DNA of 64,000 bases from Leptothrix sp. (in: b-proteobacteria) (GCA_013822685.1 PNKV01000013.1:13095-77094); one strand, 5' to 3'; shown: positions 27,651 through 37,258, counted from the stretch's first letter. Translations and numbers: made by a program. The notes: generated by a model from the sequence alone, not told the origin.

Positions 27651-29524
27651 CAGTTTGCGGTCCGATCGATCCACCAAACACCCGCCCATGGTCCAAGCCC
27701 ACGGGCAGACACTTCGCCCTCCACCACCGCACCAGACGCCGGCAAGGCGGGCGCGGCACCACGCCAGCTCAGTGCCTGCTCGGACAGGTTGACCACCATG
27801 CGCAGCGCAGACCCATCCCCCAGCGCCCACCACACTGAAAGCGCCCGCTCACCGATGCGCTCGGCATGGTGCTCGCCTGTCCGCAGCGTGCTCAGGTGAG
27901 GCGCGACATGGAGGCGGCGCCAAGCCAGCAGCTCGCGGTAAAAGCTTCGCCAGCGCTGGCCTGGCGGCTGGCCCGCAGCGGCCCAGTCCAGCTTGCTGCG
28001 TTGAAAGGTGCCCTCATCGCAGGGATCGGGGATCAAGGCCTGCGTTTGCGCGTCCGAGAACTGGGGGAACTGCGCGAACTCCCTGCGACGGCCTTCGGTC
28101 ACGGCCTGGCGCAGTTCGCCACTCCAATCGCTGAAATACAGAAACGGCGTGGCCGCGCCAAACTCTTCGCCCATGAACAACAAGGGGGGCGCGGGCATGA
28201 GCAAGTGCATGGCAGTGATGAGGCGCAAGGCCGGCTCACTGACCAACTGGCCGAGGCGATCGCCCATGGCCCGGTTGCCCACCTGGTCGTGGTTCTGCAA
28301 AAAATTGACCATGTTCAGCAGGGGTTGGGGCGAGGTCGTTCGCCGCCTGGGCTGGGCGTGCTCCCAGTTGTGGGGGCCGCCCTGCCAGACCAGGCCGTCT
28401 GTCAGGCTGGTGGCCAGTTGGCCCAGGGTGTCGTCCGTGTATTCAGCGTAATAGCCATCCTTCTCGCCGGTCAACAGCACGTGCACGGGGTGGTGAAAAT
28501 CACCGTTCCACTGCCCCTCGAACAGGCCAGGTGTGCCGGGCTTGTCCAGGCGCGAGGCATCGTTGCTGTCGTTCTCAAGAACCAGGTGAATGTGGCGCTG
28601 CGGAAAGGCCTGGCGCACCCTCACCGACATGGCAGCCATGATGTCCAGCCGAGAGTCGTCCAGCATGGCGTGCACGGCATCAAAACGCAGCCCGTCGAAG
28701 CGGTACTCTTCCAGCCAGTACAGGGCGTTGTCGATGAAGAAGTCGCGCACCGTGGCGCTGCCCGGCCCATCGAAGTTGATGGCCGCGCCCCAAGCCGTGT
28801 GGTGCCGCTCAGAGAAAAAACCGGGCGCGTAACGCGACAGGTAGTTGCCATCCGGACCAAAGTGGTTGTAGACCACGTCCAGCATCACCATCAAGCCCAG
28901 GCCGTGGGCTGCGTCGATGAAGCGCTTGAGGTCGTCGGGGCTGCCATGGCTGCATTGCGGCGCGAACAACAGCACGCCGTCGTAGCCCCAGCCAAAGCGC
29001 CCGGGGTAACTGGCCTGCGGCATCAACTGCACGGTGGTGATGCCCAGTTGGGCCAGTTCAGGCAAGCGCGCCTGGGCCGCCGCATAAGTGCCTTCGGGCG
29101 TGAAGGCGCCCACATGCATCTCGTACATCACGGCCTCGTTCCAGGGCACGCCTTGCCAGCCCTGCGAGTGGGCCCACTCAAAGCTCAGCGGATCAACGAC
29201 CTCGCTGAAGTCATGCACGCCATCGGGGTTGTTGCGCGAGGCTGGGTCTGGCACATCCAGCTCACCATCAATGCGCCAACGGTAACGGCTGCCTGCCGTG
29301 GCCTCGGGCACATACAGCTCGTACCACTCGCGGGCGGGATCTTCATCGCCTTGGCAGGCATTGCCATGGGCCTCGATGAAGCGCGCCTCGTCGCCTTCGG
29401 CCACCAGGATTTTCAGGACCAGTTCGACCCGCTTGGCACCGGGTGCCCACAGGCGAAAGTCCACGCCGCCCCCTTCGCGCACCTGGGCGCCAAAGCGCAT
29501 GGCATGGGCGTGGCGGGTGCTCAT
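27650..29524 (-). CDS. treZ: Malto-oligosyltrehalose trehalohydrolase
   Basis: FRLWAP, YEMHVGAFT, WGYDGV, DVVYNHFGPDGNYL, GLRFDAVH, NHDQVGNRA.G.RL. Confidence 0.94.
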   Translation of the reverse strand: MSTRHAHAMRFGAQVREGGGVDFRLWAPGAKRVELVLKILVAEGDEARFIEAHGNACQGDEDPAREWYELYVPEATAGSRYRWRIDGELDVPDPASRNNPDGVHDFSEVVDPLSFEWAHSQGWQGVPWNEAVMYEMHVGAFTPEGTYAAAQARLPELAQLGITTVQLMPQASYPGRFGWGYDGVLLFAPQCSHGSPDDLKRFIDAAHGLGLMVMLDVVYNHFGPDGNYLSRYAPGFFSERHHTAWGAAINFDGPGSATVRDFFIDNALYWLEEYRFDGLRFDAVHAMLDDSRLDIMAAMSVRVRQAFPQRHIHLVLENDSNDASRLDKPGTPGLFEGQWNGDFHHPVHVLLTGEKDGYYAEYTDDTLGQLATSLTDGLVWQGGPHNWEHAQPRRRTTSPQPLLNMVNFLQNHDQVGNRAMGDRLGQLVSEPALRLITAMHLLMPAPPLLFMGEEFGAATPFLYFSDWSGELRQAVTEGRRREFAQFPQFSDAQTQALIPDPCDEGTFQRSKLDWAAAGQPPGQRWRSFYRELLAWRRLHVAPHLSTLRTGEHHAERIGERALSVWWALGDGSALRMVVNLSEQALSWRGAAPALPASGAVVEGEVSARGLGPWAGVWWIDRTAN

Positions 29525-31677
29525 CCCGGCTCCTGCGTGAACACGACCATGGACCGGGCTGCCAAGGGATAGGTCTCGCCCGCACGCCAGGCCAGCTGGT
29601 CCGGTTGCCCGCTGTCGTGGCTGGTGTCAAAGCGCGCGGTCCAGTCCTTTTGCTCGTAGTGCGCGGGCAGGATGAAGGGCACATCTTCGTGGTGCCCGTT
29701 GATCAGCATCAACAGCGTTTCGGCATTGGCGCGCCGGCCGTGTTCATCGTATTCACCGGTGTGGCGGCCGCAGAACATGGACGCCACGGTGCGCGCCTCG
29801 GGCTGTTGCCAGGCTTCGGTGGTCATCTCCCGGCCCTCGGCATCGAACCAGGTGACGTCGCGGTGGCCGTCTTCGTCAATGTGCCCGTCCAGGAAATCGG
29901 TGCGGCGCAAGCCGGGCTGGGCCTTGCGGAACTCGATCAGGCGCTGCACGTAGGACAGCAGGTCTTGTTGCTCTGGCGTGAGGTTCCAGTCAAACCAGCT
30001 GATCTCGCTGTCTTGGCAATAACCGTTGTTGTTACCCCCTTGCGAGCGCCCGATTTCATCGCCCCCCAGCAGCAAGGGCGTGCCTTGCGAGAGGAACAAG
30101 GTGGTCAGCAGGTTGCGTTGCTGTTGCAGGCGCAGGGCGCGAACCGCTTCATCGTCGGTGTCACCCTCAGCACCGCAATTCCAGCTGCGGTTGTGGCTTT
30201 CGCCATCGCGGTTGTCCTCGCCATTGGCCTCGTTGTGCTTGTCGTTGTAGCTGACCAGGTCGCGCAGGGTGAAGCCATCGTGCACGGTGATCAGGTTGAC
30301 GCTGTCGGTGGGGCAGCGGCCCCGGTGCTCGTACAGGTCACTGGAGCCACACATGCGGCGCGAGAGTTCGGCCACGGTGTGCTCCTGGCCACGCCAGAAA
30401 TCGCGCACGGCATCGCGGTACAGTCCGTTCCACTCGACCCAGCCCGGCGGGAATCCGCCCACCTGGTAGCCGTTGTCACCCAGATCCCAGGGCTCGGCGA
30501 TCAGCTTGACGCGCGACAGCACCGGGTCTTGCGCCAGGGCCGCGAAGAAGCTGCTGTGGTGGTCAAAAGCCGATGCACTGCGCCCCAGCGTGGTCGCCAG
30601 GTCAAACCGGAAGCCATCCACGTGCATCTGCGTCACCCAATAGCGCAGGCTGTCCATGATCAGGCGCAACACCACCGGGTGATGGCTGTTGAGGGTGTTG
30701 CCGGTGCCGGTGTAGTCCACGTAATAGCGCGGATCCTCGGGGCTGAGGCGGTAGTAGGTCGCGTTGTCGATGCCCTTGAAGCACAGCGTGGGGCCCAGGT
30801 GATTGCCTTCGGCCGTGTGGTTGTAGACCACGTCCAGGATCACCTCCAGGCCCGCCGCGTGCAGGTCCTTGACCATCTGCTTGAACTCGTTGATGGAGCC
30901 GGTGGCGCTGTAGCGCATCTCGGGCGCGAAAAACCCGATGGTGTTGTAGCCCCAATAGTTGCGCAGGCCGGACTCGACCAGGCGCTGGTCGTCGATGAAG
31001 GCGTGCACTGGCAGCAACTCGATCGACGTCACGCCCAGCTTCTTCAAGTGGTCAATCACCGCGGGTGATGACAGGCCGGCGTAGGTGCCCCGATGGGCCT
31101 CGGGCACATCGGGGTGGCGCTGGCTCAGGCCCTTGACGTGAACCTCATAGAAGATGGTGTCACGCCAAGGCACTTGCGGCGATCGGTCATCACCCCAGTC
31201 GAACGATTCGTCCACCACTTGCGACTTGGGCATGCCTGGCGCGCTGTCATCGTTGTTTTGCGCCAGGTCTTCATCGACCGCATCCAGTTCGTAGTCGTAG
31301 TGGGCCGGCGACCAATTCACCGGCCCGACGATCGCCTTCGCATAAGGATCGATCAGCAACTTGCTGGGGTTGAAGCGCAGCCCCTCTTCAGGCCGGTGCG
31401 GCCCATGCACGCGGTAACCATACAGGGTGCCGGCAGGGCAACCGCGCACATAGCCGTGCCACACGTGGTGCAGCTTGCGCGTCAGCTCAAAGCGCTGGAT
31501 CTCGTGGCCATCAGGCGCGTAGAAACACAGCTCGATCCTGTCGGCCGTGCTGGCGTAGATCGCGAAGTTGGTGCCACTGCCATCGAAGGTGGCCCCCAGC
31601 GGATAGGCCTGGCCGGCCTCCAGGTGCCACGCATGCGCCGCCTTGGCCGCCTTCTTGTCTCCCAAGGATTTTTTCAT
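29521..31677 (-). CDS. glgX: Glycogen debranching enzyme
   Basis: NYWGYNT, DVVYNHTAEG, VDGFRFDLA, HDGFTL.DLVSYN.KHN. Confidence 0.96.
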   Translation of the reverse strand: MKKSLGDKKAAKAAHAWHLEAGQAYPLGATFDGSGTNFAIYASTADRIELCFYAPDGHEIQRFELTRKLHHVWHGYVRGCPAGTLYGYRVHGPHRPEEGLRFNPSKLLIDPYAKAIVGPVNWSPAHYDYELDAVDEDLAQNNDDSAPGMPKSQVVDESFDWGDDRSPQVPWRDTIFYEVHVKGLSQRHPDVPEAHRGTYAGLSSPAVIDHLKKLGVTSIELLPVHAFIDDQRLVESGLRNYWGYNTIGFFAPEMRYSATGSINEFKQMVKDLHAAGLEVILDVVYNHTAEGNHLGPTLCFKGIDNATYYRLSPEDPRYYVDYTGTGNTLNSHHPVVLRLIMDSLRYWVTQMHVDGFRFDLATTLGRSASAFDHHSSFFAALAQDPVLSRVKLIAEPWDLGDNGYQVGGFPPGWVEWNGLYRDAVRDFWRGQEHTVAELSRRMCGSSDLYEHRGRCPTDSVNLITVHDGFTLRDLVSYNDKHNEANGEDNRDGESHNRSWNCGAEGDTDDEAVRALRLQQQRNLLTTLFLSQGTPLLLGGDEIGRSQGGNNNGYCQDSEISWFDWNLTPEQQDLLSYVQRLIEFRKAQPGLRRTDFLDGHIDEDGHRDVTWFDAEGREMTTEAWQQPEARTVASMFCGRHTGEYDEHGRRANAETLLMLINGHHEDVPFILPAHYEQKDWTARFDTSHDSGQPDQLAWRAGETYPLAARSMVVFTQEPG

Positions 31678-31680
31678 TGC

Positions 31681-32934
31681 TCAGGCGTGCCGGCTGGTGA
31701 GTTCACGCTCCACGGGCACCGTGCCCGAAAAGTACCCTCGGGGCACCACCACCACCCCGCCCTCACTGACGTGAAAGCGCTGGCGGTCTTTTTCCAGGTC
31801 ATACCCGATCAACTCGCCGGGAGGAATGTGGTTGTTCTGGTCGATGATCGCGCGCCTGATGCGGGCGCCGGCGCTGATCACCGAGCGCTCCATCACGATG
31901 CAATGCTCTAGCTGCGCATCGGGTTCGACGATCACCGAACGGCGCAGCATGGCGTGGTCAAGCCGGGCCCCGTTGATCACACTGCCTGATCCCACCACCG
32001 ACCGGTTGATCATGCCGCTCTCGATCTGGGCCGATTCAGCGGAATCGTTGCTTGAATAAATCGGCCAATGGGGGTTGCTCATGCGAAAGCGTGGCTTGGC
32101 ACCCAGCGTGTCGAAGTGCGCTTCGAAGTACGCGTCGATGGTGCCCACGTCTCGCCAATAGGCGGTCTCTTCGTAAGGCTGCGTGCCAGGGATCTCGTTG
32201 GTGGCAAAGTCGTAGGCCACCAGCTTGTGCGTCTTCATCATCCGCGGCAGAATGTGCTTGCCAAAATCGCTTTCGCCCAGCTCCTTGGCGCGCTTCAACT
32301 CTTTCAGCAACACATCGGCTTTGAAGATGTAGTTGCCCATTGAGGCCAATGCATGCCCGGGGCGGCCCGGCATGGGCTTGGCGGTCGGCGGCTTTTCAAT
32401 GAAGTCCACCACGCGGTGCTGGTCATCGGCTTCGACAATGCCAAACGACGGGCTTTGCGACAAGGGCACGGGCAAGGTCGCCACGCTCACGTCGGCCTGG
32501 GTCTTGAGGTGGAACTCCACCATCTGGCGCACATCCATGCGGTAGATGTGGTCGGCCCCAAACACCGCCACCAGGTCGGGCTGGGCACTTTCAATCAGGT
32601 GGATGTTTTGAAAGATGGCGTCGGCCGTGCCCTGAAACCATTCCTTGCCCGAATGCATTTGGGGCGGCACCACAGTGATGAAATGATTGGGGATGAACCG
32701 GCTCATGGTCCACGACTGGCGCACGTGCTCGATCAGCGACTGCGATTTGTACTGCACCAGCAGGTACACCGAATAGATCTCGGAGTTGACCAGGTTGCTG
32801 AGCACAAAATCAACGATTCGATGCTTGCCGTTGAACGGCACGGAGGGCTTGCACCGATCAGCGGTGAGCGAGTGCAGACGTGTGCCCTCCCCGCCTGCCA
32901 TGACGAAAGCCAGCACGTTTTTGCCGGCAATCAT
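31681..32934 (-). CDS. glgC: Glucose-1-phosphate adenylyltransferase
   Basis: [44 protein letters not shown]. Confidence 0.96.
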   Translation of the reverse strand: MIAGKNVLAFVMAGGEGTRLHSLTADRCKPSVPFNGKHRIVDFVLSNLVNSEIYSVYLLVQYKSQSLIEHVRQSWTMSRFIPNHFITVVPPQMHSGKEWFQGTADAIFQNIHLIESAQPDLVAVFGADHIYRMDVRQMVEFHLKTQADVSVATLPVPLSQSPSFGIVEADDQHRVVDFIEKPPTAKPMPGRPGHALASMGNYIFKADVLLKELKRAKELGESDFGKHILPRMMKTHKLVAYDFATNEIPGTQPYEETAYWRDVGTIDAYFEAHFDTLGAKPRFRMSNPHWPIYSSNDSAESAQIESGMINRSVVGSGSVINGARLDHAMLRRSVIVEPDAQLEHCIVMERSVISAGARIRRAIIDQNNHIPPGELIGYDLEKDRQRFHVSEGGVVVVPRGYFSGTVPVERELTSRHA

Positions 32935-33006
32935 GGCAGCCTCCGCCGAGTCAGGTAAGGGTTTGCAGTCATGGCCAAAAGTCCTTGTAGATCGATGACC
33001 TACAAG

Positions 33007-33023
33007 GGCAATTGGCGTGCCCA
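33007..33023 (-). promoter_or_regulatory. Putative sigma54 promoter for the glgC-glgX-treZ-malQ/treY-glgA operon
   Basis: Minus strand TGGGCACGCCAATTGCC, GG 33021-20 and GC 33009-08. Confidence 0.7.
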
Positions 33024-33100
33024 TTTATTCCACGGCGTAAAACTGGAAACCCCGGGGCTCTCGCGTGTAATCCTGTCGAGAGCGCTGTAAAAGCTGCGCG

Positions 33101-34525
33101 TCAGGGCTTGGGCGGCTCGGGCCGCGTATTCACGGGCCAGCAAAGCGCTGCCGTCATCAAGGCCAAGACCACGTGGATGATGTAAACCGGCTGGAAGTCG
33201 GCATGCTGAGCACTGCCATGGCCGATCAACACCACCGTGATCGCAACCCCCAACACCGAACCAATCTGGCGCGTGGCCTGGTTGACAGCGCTGCCCACCG
33301 CATAGTGCTGCGGTGGCAGCTTGTTCACGGCCGCGGCCGACAAGGAAGGCAGCACCATGCCCACCCCCACGCCGCTGAGCAGCAAGCCGGGCAACCAGTC
33401 GCGCAGGTAGTTCACCTCGGCCCCCGGCACCAGCAAGAACCACAGGCCGCTGGCCGCGTAGACCAAGCCACCGCCCACCAAAAAAGGCCGGTGCCCCAGG
33501 CGCCCTGCCAGCCGCCCGGTGATGATCGCCACTGGCATGACCAGCAAAGGCCCCGGGGTGATGGCCAGACCCGCGCGTGGCAAGGTGTAGTGCCACACGC
33601 CAGTCATGTAAAAAAAGAAGGCAAAGAACATCATGGAGAACGCGATGCCAAACGCCAGCGTCGCCAGGTTGACGTAGCTGTAGGTGCGGTGCCTGAACAG
33701 GCCCAGGTCCACCAAGGGCGCGGGCGTGAACCGGGCCCAGGCAATGAAGCCAATGAAAGCGATCACGCCTGTGGCGAAGGTCATCACCAAATCGGTTTGG
33801 TTCCAGTTGGGCGCATCCAACTGCACGATGCTCAAGGCAATGGTGCCCACCGCCACGATCAGCAGGCCCACGCCCACCATGTCAACGCGGCGCCGGGTGT
33901 CGGGGCGCACCGATTCGGTCAACCTGGCGGCGCCGCGCCACAAGGCGATCGCGCCCAGGGGCAGGTTCAGGTAGAAGGCCCACTGCCAACCCACGGCATC
34001 CACCACAAAGGAGCCCAAGCTGGGCCCGATGGCCGCCGCCAGGCCACCCACCGCGCCCCACAGACTGATGGCCACGGCGCGCTTGTCTTGTGGAAACGCC
34101 GCCAGCACGATGGACAAGGAGGCGGGCGTCAGCAAGGCGGCGCCAATGGCCTGCAATACACGCGCCGCGATCAGCCAGCCCACACTGCCCGACAAGCCGC
34201 AGGCCGCCGACGCTGCCAGGAACAGCACCACGCCAAACATGAACACACGCTTGCGCCCGTGAGCATCGGCCAGCCCGCCCGCAGGAATCAGCATCGCCGC
34301 GTAGACCACGGTGTAAGCATTGAGCACCCAAGACATGTCCGCGGCCGAGGCCTGCGGGAAGGCATTGCGCAGGGCGCCAAACGCCGCGAACAGCATGGTG
34401 CTGTCCAGCGAGACGAGGAACACCGCCACGCTGGCGATCCAGAAGACCGGCCATGGCGAGGCCGCCGGCGCTGAAGGGTGTGGCGGCACCACAGGGATGG
34501 CGGGTTGGCTGGCTGCTGAGCGCAT
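33101..34525 (-). CDS. MFS efflux transporter (DHA2, 14-TM type)
   Basis: LDSTM, WVLNAY, GGLADAHGRKR, ARVLQAIGAA, GPSLG, W.WAFYLNLP. Confidence 0.9.
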   Translation of the reverse strand: MRSAASQPAIPVVPPHPSAPAASPWPVFWIASVAVFLVSLDSTMLFAAFGALRNAFPQASAADMSWVLNAYTVVYAAMLIPAGGLADAHGRKRVFMFGVVLFLAASAACGLSGSVGWLIAARVLQAIGAALLTPASLSIVLAAFPQDKRAVAISLWGAVGGLAAAIGPSLGSFVVDAVGWQWAFYLNLPLGAIALWRGAARLTESVRPDTRRRVDMVGVGLLIVAVGTIALSIVQLDAPNWNQTDLVMTFATGVIAFIGFIAWARFTPAPLVDLGLFRHRTYSYVNLATLAFGIAFSMMFFAFFFYMTGVWHYTLPRAGLAITPGPLLVMPVAIITGRLAGRLGHRPFLVGGGLVYAASGLWFLLVPGAEVNYLRDWLPGLLLSGVGVGMVLPSLSAAAVNKLPPQHYAVGSAVNQATRQIGSVLGVAITVVLIGHGSAQHADFQPVYIIHVVLALMTAALCWPVNTRPEPPKP

Positions 34526-34552
34526 GGCGGTGGTCCTGTCAGGGTGGTGTGG

Positions 34553-35260
34553 TCAAGCGTCGGCCGGGGCCAGGTACACGCCAGGTTCGGCCGACAAACC
34601 TTGCTTGACCTGTTGGGTGAATTCATCGGCCAACACTTCGTCCGCACCGGCTTCCAGAGCATCGAAGGTGCGCGCCGCCACCACGCCAGGGGATGTCTTG
34701 GGCGCGTCAAAGCCGGCCGTCATGTCGGTGTCGATGAAACTTACGTGCAGGCCCAGCACCTGCGTGTTCTGCGGCCGCAACTCGTGGCGCAAGCCATTGG
34801 TCAGGCCCCAGGCTGCTGACTTGCTGGCGCTGTAAGCGCCCAACACCGGTGAGTTGATCCAGCTGAGCACGGACAGCACATTCACGATGGCGCCACCGCC
34901 ATTGGCGGCCAGAACGCCCGCGAAAGCCTGGCTCAACAGCAAGGGGCCAAAGAAATTGGTCTCCATGTGCGCGCGGGTGGACTCCACACTGTTGGCCGCC
35001 AGAAAGCCGCCCAAGTTGGCAATGCCCGCGTTGTTGACCAGCAAGGTGACGTCGCCCAATTCAGCGGCCACACGGGCCACATCGGCGGGGTTGGTCACGT
35101 CCAGCTTCACGGGGGTGACGCCAGGCAGGGTGACCGACGCGGGATCACGCGCACCGGCATACACCTTGCGGGCACCACGGGCCAGCGCCTCTTTGGCGAA
35201 TGCCAAACCCAGGCCCCGGTTGGCACCGGTGACAAGAACCACGGCGTTGTCGAGTTTCAT
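34553..35260 (-). CDS. SDR family oxidoreductase
   Basis: TGANRGLG, NNAG, YSASK. Confidence 0.93.
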   Translation of the reverse strand: MKLDNAVVLVTGANRGLGLAFAKEALARGARKVYAGARDPASVTLPGVTPVKLDVTNPADVARVAAELGDVTLLVNNAGIANLGGFLAANSVESTRAHMETNFFGPLLLSQAFAGVLAANGGGAIVNVLSVLSWINSPVLGAYSASKSAAWGLTNGLRHELRPQNTQVLGLHVSFIDTDMTAGFDAPKTSPGVVAARTFDALEAGADEVLADEFTQQVKQGLSAEPGVYLAPADA

Positions 35261-35277
35261 GCTGATGTCCTTAAATT

Positions 35278-35298
35278 TTTATGATGATCATCATATTT
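35278..35298. promoter_or_regulatory. Putative TetR operator, copy 1 (SDR promoter)
   Basis: TTTATGATGATCATCATATTT, containing a perfect 16-bp palindrome TATGATGATCATCATA. Confidence 0.8.
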
Positions 35299-35305
35299 TT
35301 GGGTT

Positions 35306-35343
35306 AAAAAAAAAGAGCCACCGGTTTATTCACCAGCCGGCTC
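35306..35343 (-). terminator. Intrinsic terminator after tetR
   Basis: GAGCCGGCTGGT-GAATAA-ACCGGTGGCTC hairpin (one bulge) followed by T9. Confidence 0.65.
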
Positions 35344-35913
35344 GTACTGCGTGATCAGGCTTTGGCGGTTGGCCTTGAGCAAGGCCTTGCCTTGGGCGTT
35401 GTCGCCCAATGCGCGGGCCATTTGCAAGGCGCCCACCATGGTGCTGGCAACCACCATGGCCGTGCTGGCCGGGGTGTTGGCGGGCAGCGCCCTTTTCACC
35501 AAGCTGACCATGCCCTGCACGCGCTGAGCCGAGGCCTCGCGCACTTCGGGCGCCTGCCGCGGCATTTCAGAGCACAAGGCCGCCACCGGGCAGCCATGCT
35601 CGGCACCGCTTAGATGCGCCTCTGACAAATAGGCTTCGACCAGGGCCCGGAACTCACTAACGCCCTGGGCTTGGCGCTCAGCCATGCGACGCCTCATGTG
35701 GGCCACGCCATCTTGGCCCGCGCGTTCAAGCGCCTCGACCAGCAAGGCGTTGCGAGAAGCGAAGTGGGCGTAGAAACCGCCGTGCGTGAGGCCGGCTTCT
35801 TTCATGATGTCGGCCACGCCCATACCCTGATAGCCCGCACGCCGGATGGCGCGCGCGGCGGTTTCGACTATGCGATCGTGGGTGGCTTCTCGGCGGCTGG
35901 GTTTCGCGTCCAT
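35326..35913 (-). CDS. TetR/AcrR family regulator
   Basis: N-terminal HTH: VADIMKEAGLTHGGFYAHF.S. Confidence 0.94.
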   Translation of the reverse strand: MDAKPSRREATHDRIVETAARAIRRAGYQGMGVADIMKEAGLTHGGFYAHFASRNALLVEALERAGQDGVAHMRRRMAERQAQGVSEFRALVEAYLSEAHLSGAEHGCPVAALCSEMPRQAPEVREASAQRVQGMVSLVKRALPANTPASTAMVVASTMVGALQMARALGDNAQGKALLKANRQSLITQYEPAGE

Positions 35914-35931
35914 GCCACCATGCTAGCACGA

Positions 35932-35952
35932 TTTATGATGATCATCATATTT
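35932..35952. promoter_or_regulatory. Putative TetR operator, copy 2 (tetR promoter)
   Basis: Identical 21-mer TTTATGATGATCATCATATTT just upstream of an extended -10 (TGcTAGCAT) placed 6 nt before the ATG. Confidence 0.8.
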
Positions 35953-35953
35953 A

Positions 35954-36358
35954 TCAGTGCATGGCCTGCTGGGGGTCAACCGGCGTCTCGGTGTGCATGA
36001 CGCATTGCCAGCCTTTGCCGTCCCGCTGAATCCACGTGGAGGTGTCGTTCATTTCCTGCCGGATAGGCTCGCCTTTGCCCCGCGGCGCAATGGCCTGCTT
36101 CACGCGGTAAGTGAGGATCGCGGTTGCATCGTTTGGGAACACGACCTCCACATCGCTCAACTCAAAAGAGGTCACCACCATCGGTGCCTGCTCGGCCATC
36201 TCGCGATAGCCGGCGTGGTCGAACTTGATGGCGCCGTGCGATGAAACCATCAGCGCGGGTTCGCTCAGCATCTCCAAGGCGGTGTCCGTGTCCTGGTTGA
36301 TCATGGACTGCCAGAACTTCGTTTCAAGGTCGATCAGTGTCTTGGCGGGGGTTGGCAT
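35954..36358 (-). CDS. NTF2-like / DUF4440 family protein
   Basis: LETKFWQSM...D.AILTY.V...DTSTW.......WQCVMHTETP; RBS AAGGAG. Confidence 0.8.
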   Translation of the reverse strand: MPTPAKTLIDLETKFWQSMINQDTDTALEMLSEPALMVSSHGAIKFDHAGYREMAEQAPMVVTSFELSDVEVVFPNDATAILTYRVKQAIAPRGKGEPIRQEMNDTSTWIQRDGKGWQCVMHTETPVDPQQAMH

Positions 36359-36370
36359 GTCAAGCTCCTT

Positions 36371-36979
36371 TCAAGCAAATGCATGTTCGTCCTGCTGCCC
36401 TGCCAGGCGCAGAACGTAGCGACGGATGTCGTCAGGCCAGGCCTGCGCCAGGTCGGCCAATCGCGCGGCGTCATTGGCGAACAAGGCGCGGCTGGCCTCT
36501 TCAAAACTGGGCAAATTGCCTGCCAAGGCAGACATCGCCCGGTAAGCGGCTTCTTGCAACTGGCGCTTGCGCTCCTGCTCAGGCAAGGCGCGCCGCGCCT
36601 CTTCCACCAGCTTGCGCAGGGCCACCGAGGCGCCGCCCCGCTGGGCGTTGAGCCATTCCCAATGGCGGGGTAGCAAAGTCACCTCGCGAGCCACCACGCC
36701 CAAACGTGGCCGCCCACGGCCACGGGGCTCCAAGGTAGCCGCGTCGTCCGCCTCCAAGGCCGGCGCGCTTGGCGCTGGTTCAAGGCGCCGCAAGACGTCC
36801 TGGTCAGAACCTCGCAGGTCCAGATCAATGGGTGCGCCTGTGGCGTCGTTGAACACGAGGATCGAATCGACGGTGTCACCCGCTGCTTTCACAGCGAGTG
36901 CAACGTCACGAAGTGGGCCGGTGGCCAGCAGGCGGTGACCCACGAAGGCGGTGGCTAAATGGTTTGATGAATGTTCCAT
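36371..36979 (-). CDS. DUF2239 family protein
   Basis: TAFVGHRLLATG, VFNDATG..IDLDLRG, RGRPRLGVVAREVTLLPRHWEWL, AG.LP.FEEA.RALFA. Confidence 0.88.
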   Translation of the reverse strand: MEHSSNHLATAFVGHRLLATGPLRDVALAVKAAGDTVDSILVFNDATGAPIDLDLRGSDQDVLRRLEPAPSAPALEADDAATLEPRGRGRPRLGVVAREVTLLPRHWEWLNAQRGGASVALRKLVEEARRALPEQERKRQLQEAAYRAMSALAGNLPSFEEASRALFANDAARLADLAQAWPDDIRRYVLRLAGQQDEHAFA

Positions 36980-36986
36980 GCAAATA

Positions 36987-37033
36987 ATATTACCCGGATA
37001 AAATGCACAAGTCAATTAAACCCGGGTAAATTT
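36987..37033 (-). promoter_or_regulatory. Leaderless sigma70 promoter of DUF2239 with two candidate operator boxes
   Basis: TTGACT (37015-10)-N17-TAATAT (36992-87)-N7-ATG; boxes ACCCGGATAAA (36992) and ACCCGGGTAAA (37020). Confidence 0.7.
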
Positions 37034-37045
37034 ATTCGGCGACCC

Positions 37046-37258
37046 TCAAGACAGCTGTGGATGGAAGCCTTGCTCCTGAATGGCCATCAGGACGGCCTTC
37101 TCGGGTTGCGTGGTGACCACGTCCACAAACCCTTGCTGCAGGTCGAACTGCACCAAGGCGGTCGGGTCTAGCCTCTGGATGGCCTGGGTCACCTTTTGCA
37201 CACATTGCGGGCCCGCGAGGTCACGGACATTCACATGGACTTCTGAACCAATGGTCAT
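37046..37258 (-). CDS. Small HMA/CopZ-like protein with degenerate metal motif
   Basis: 70 aa, RBS AAGGAG, CV..VTQAIQ.LDP.A.VQ.DL...V.V......V..AIQEQGF pattern; GPQC in place of CxxC. Confidence 0.65.
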   Translation of the reverse strand: MTIGSEVHVNVRDLAGPQCVQKVTQAIQRLDPTALVQFDLQQGFVDVVTTQPEKAVLMAIQEQGFHPQLS

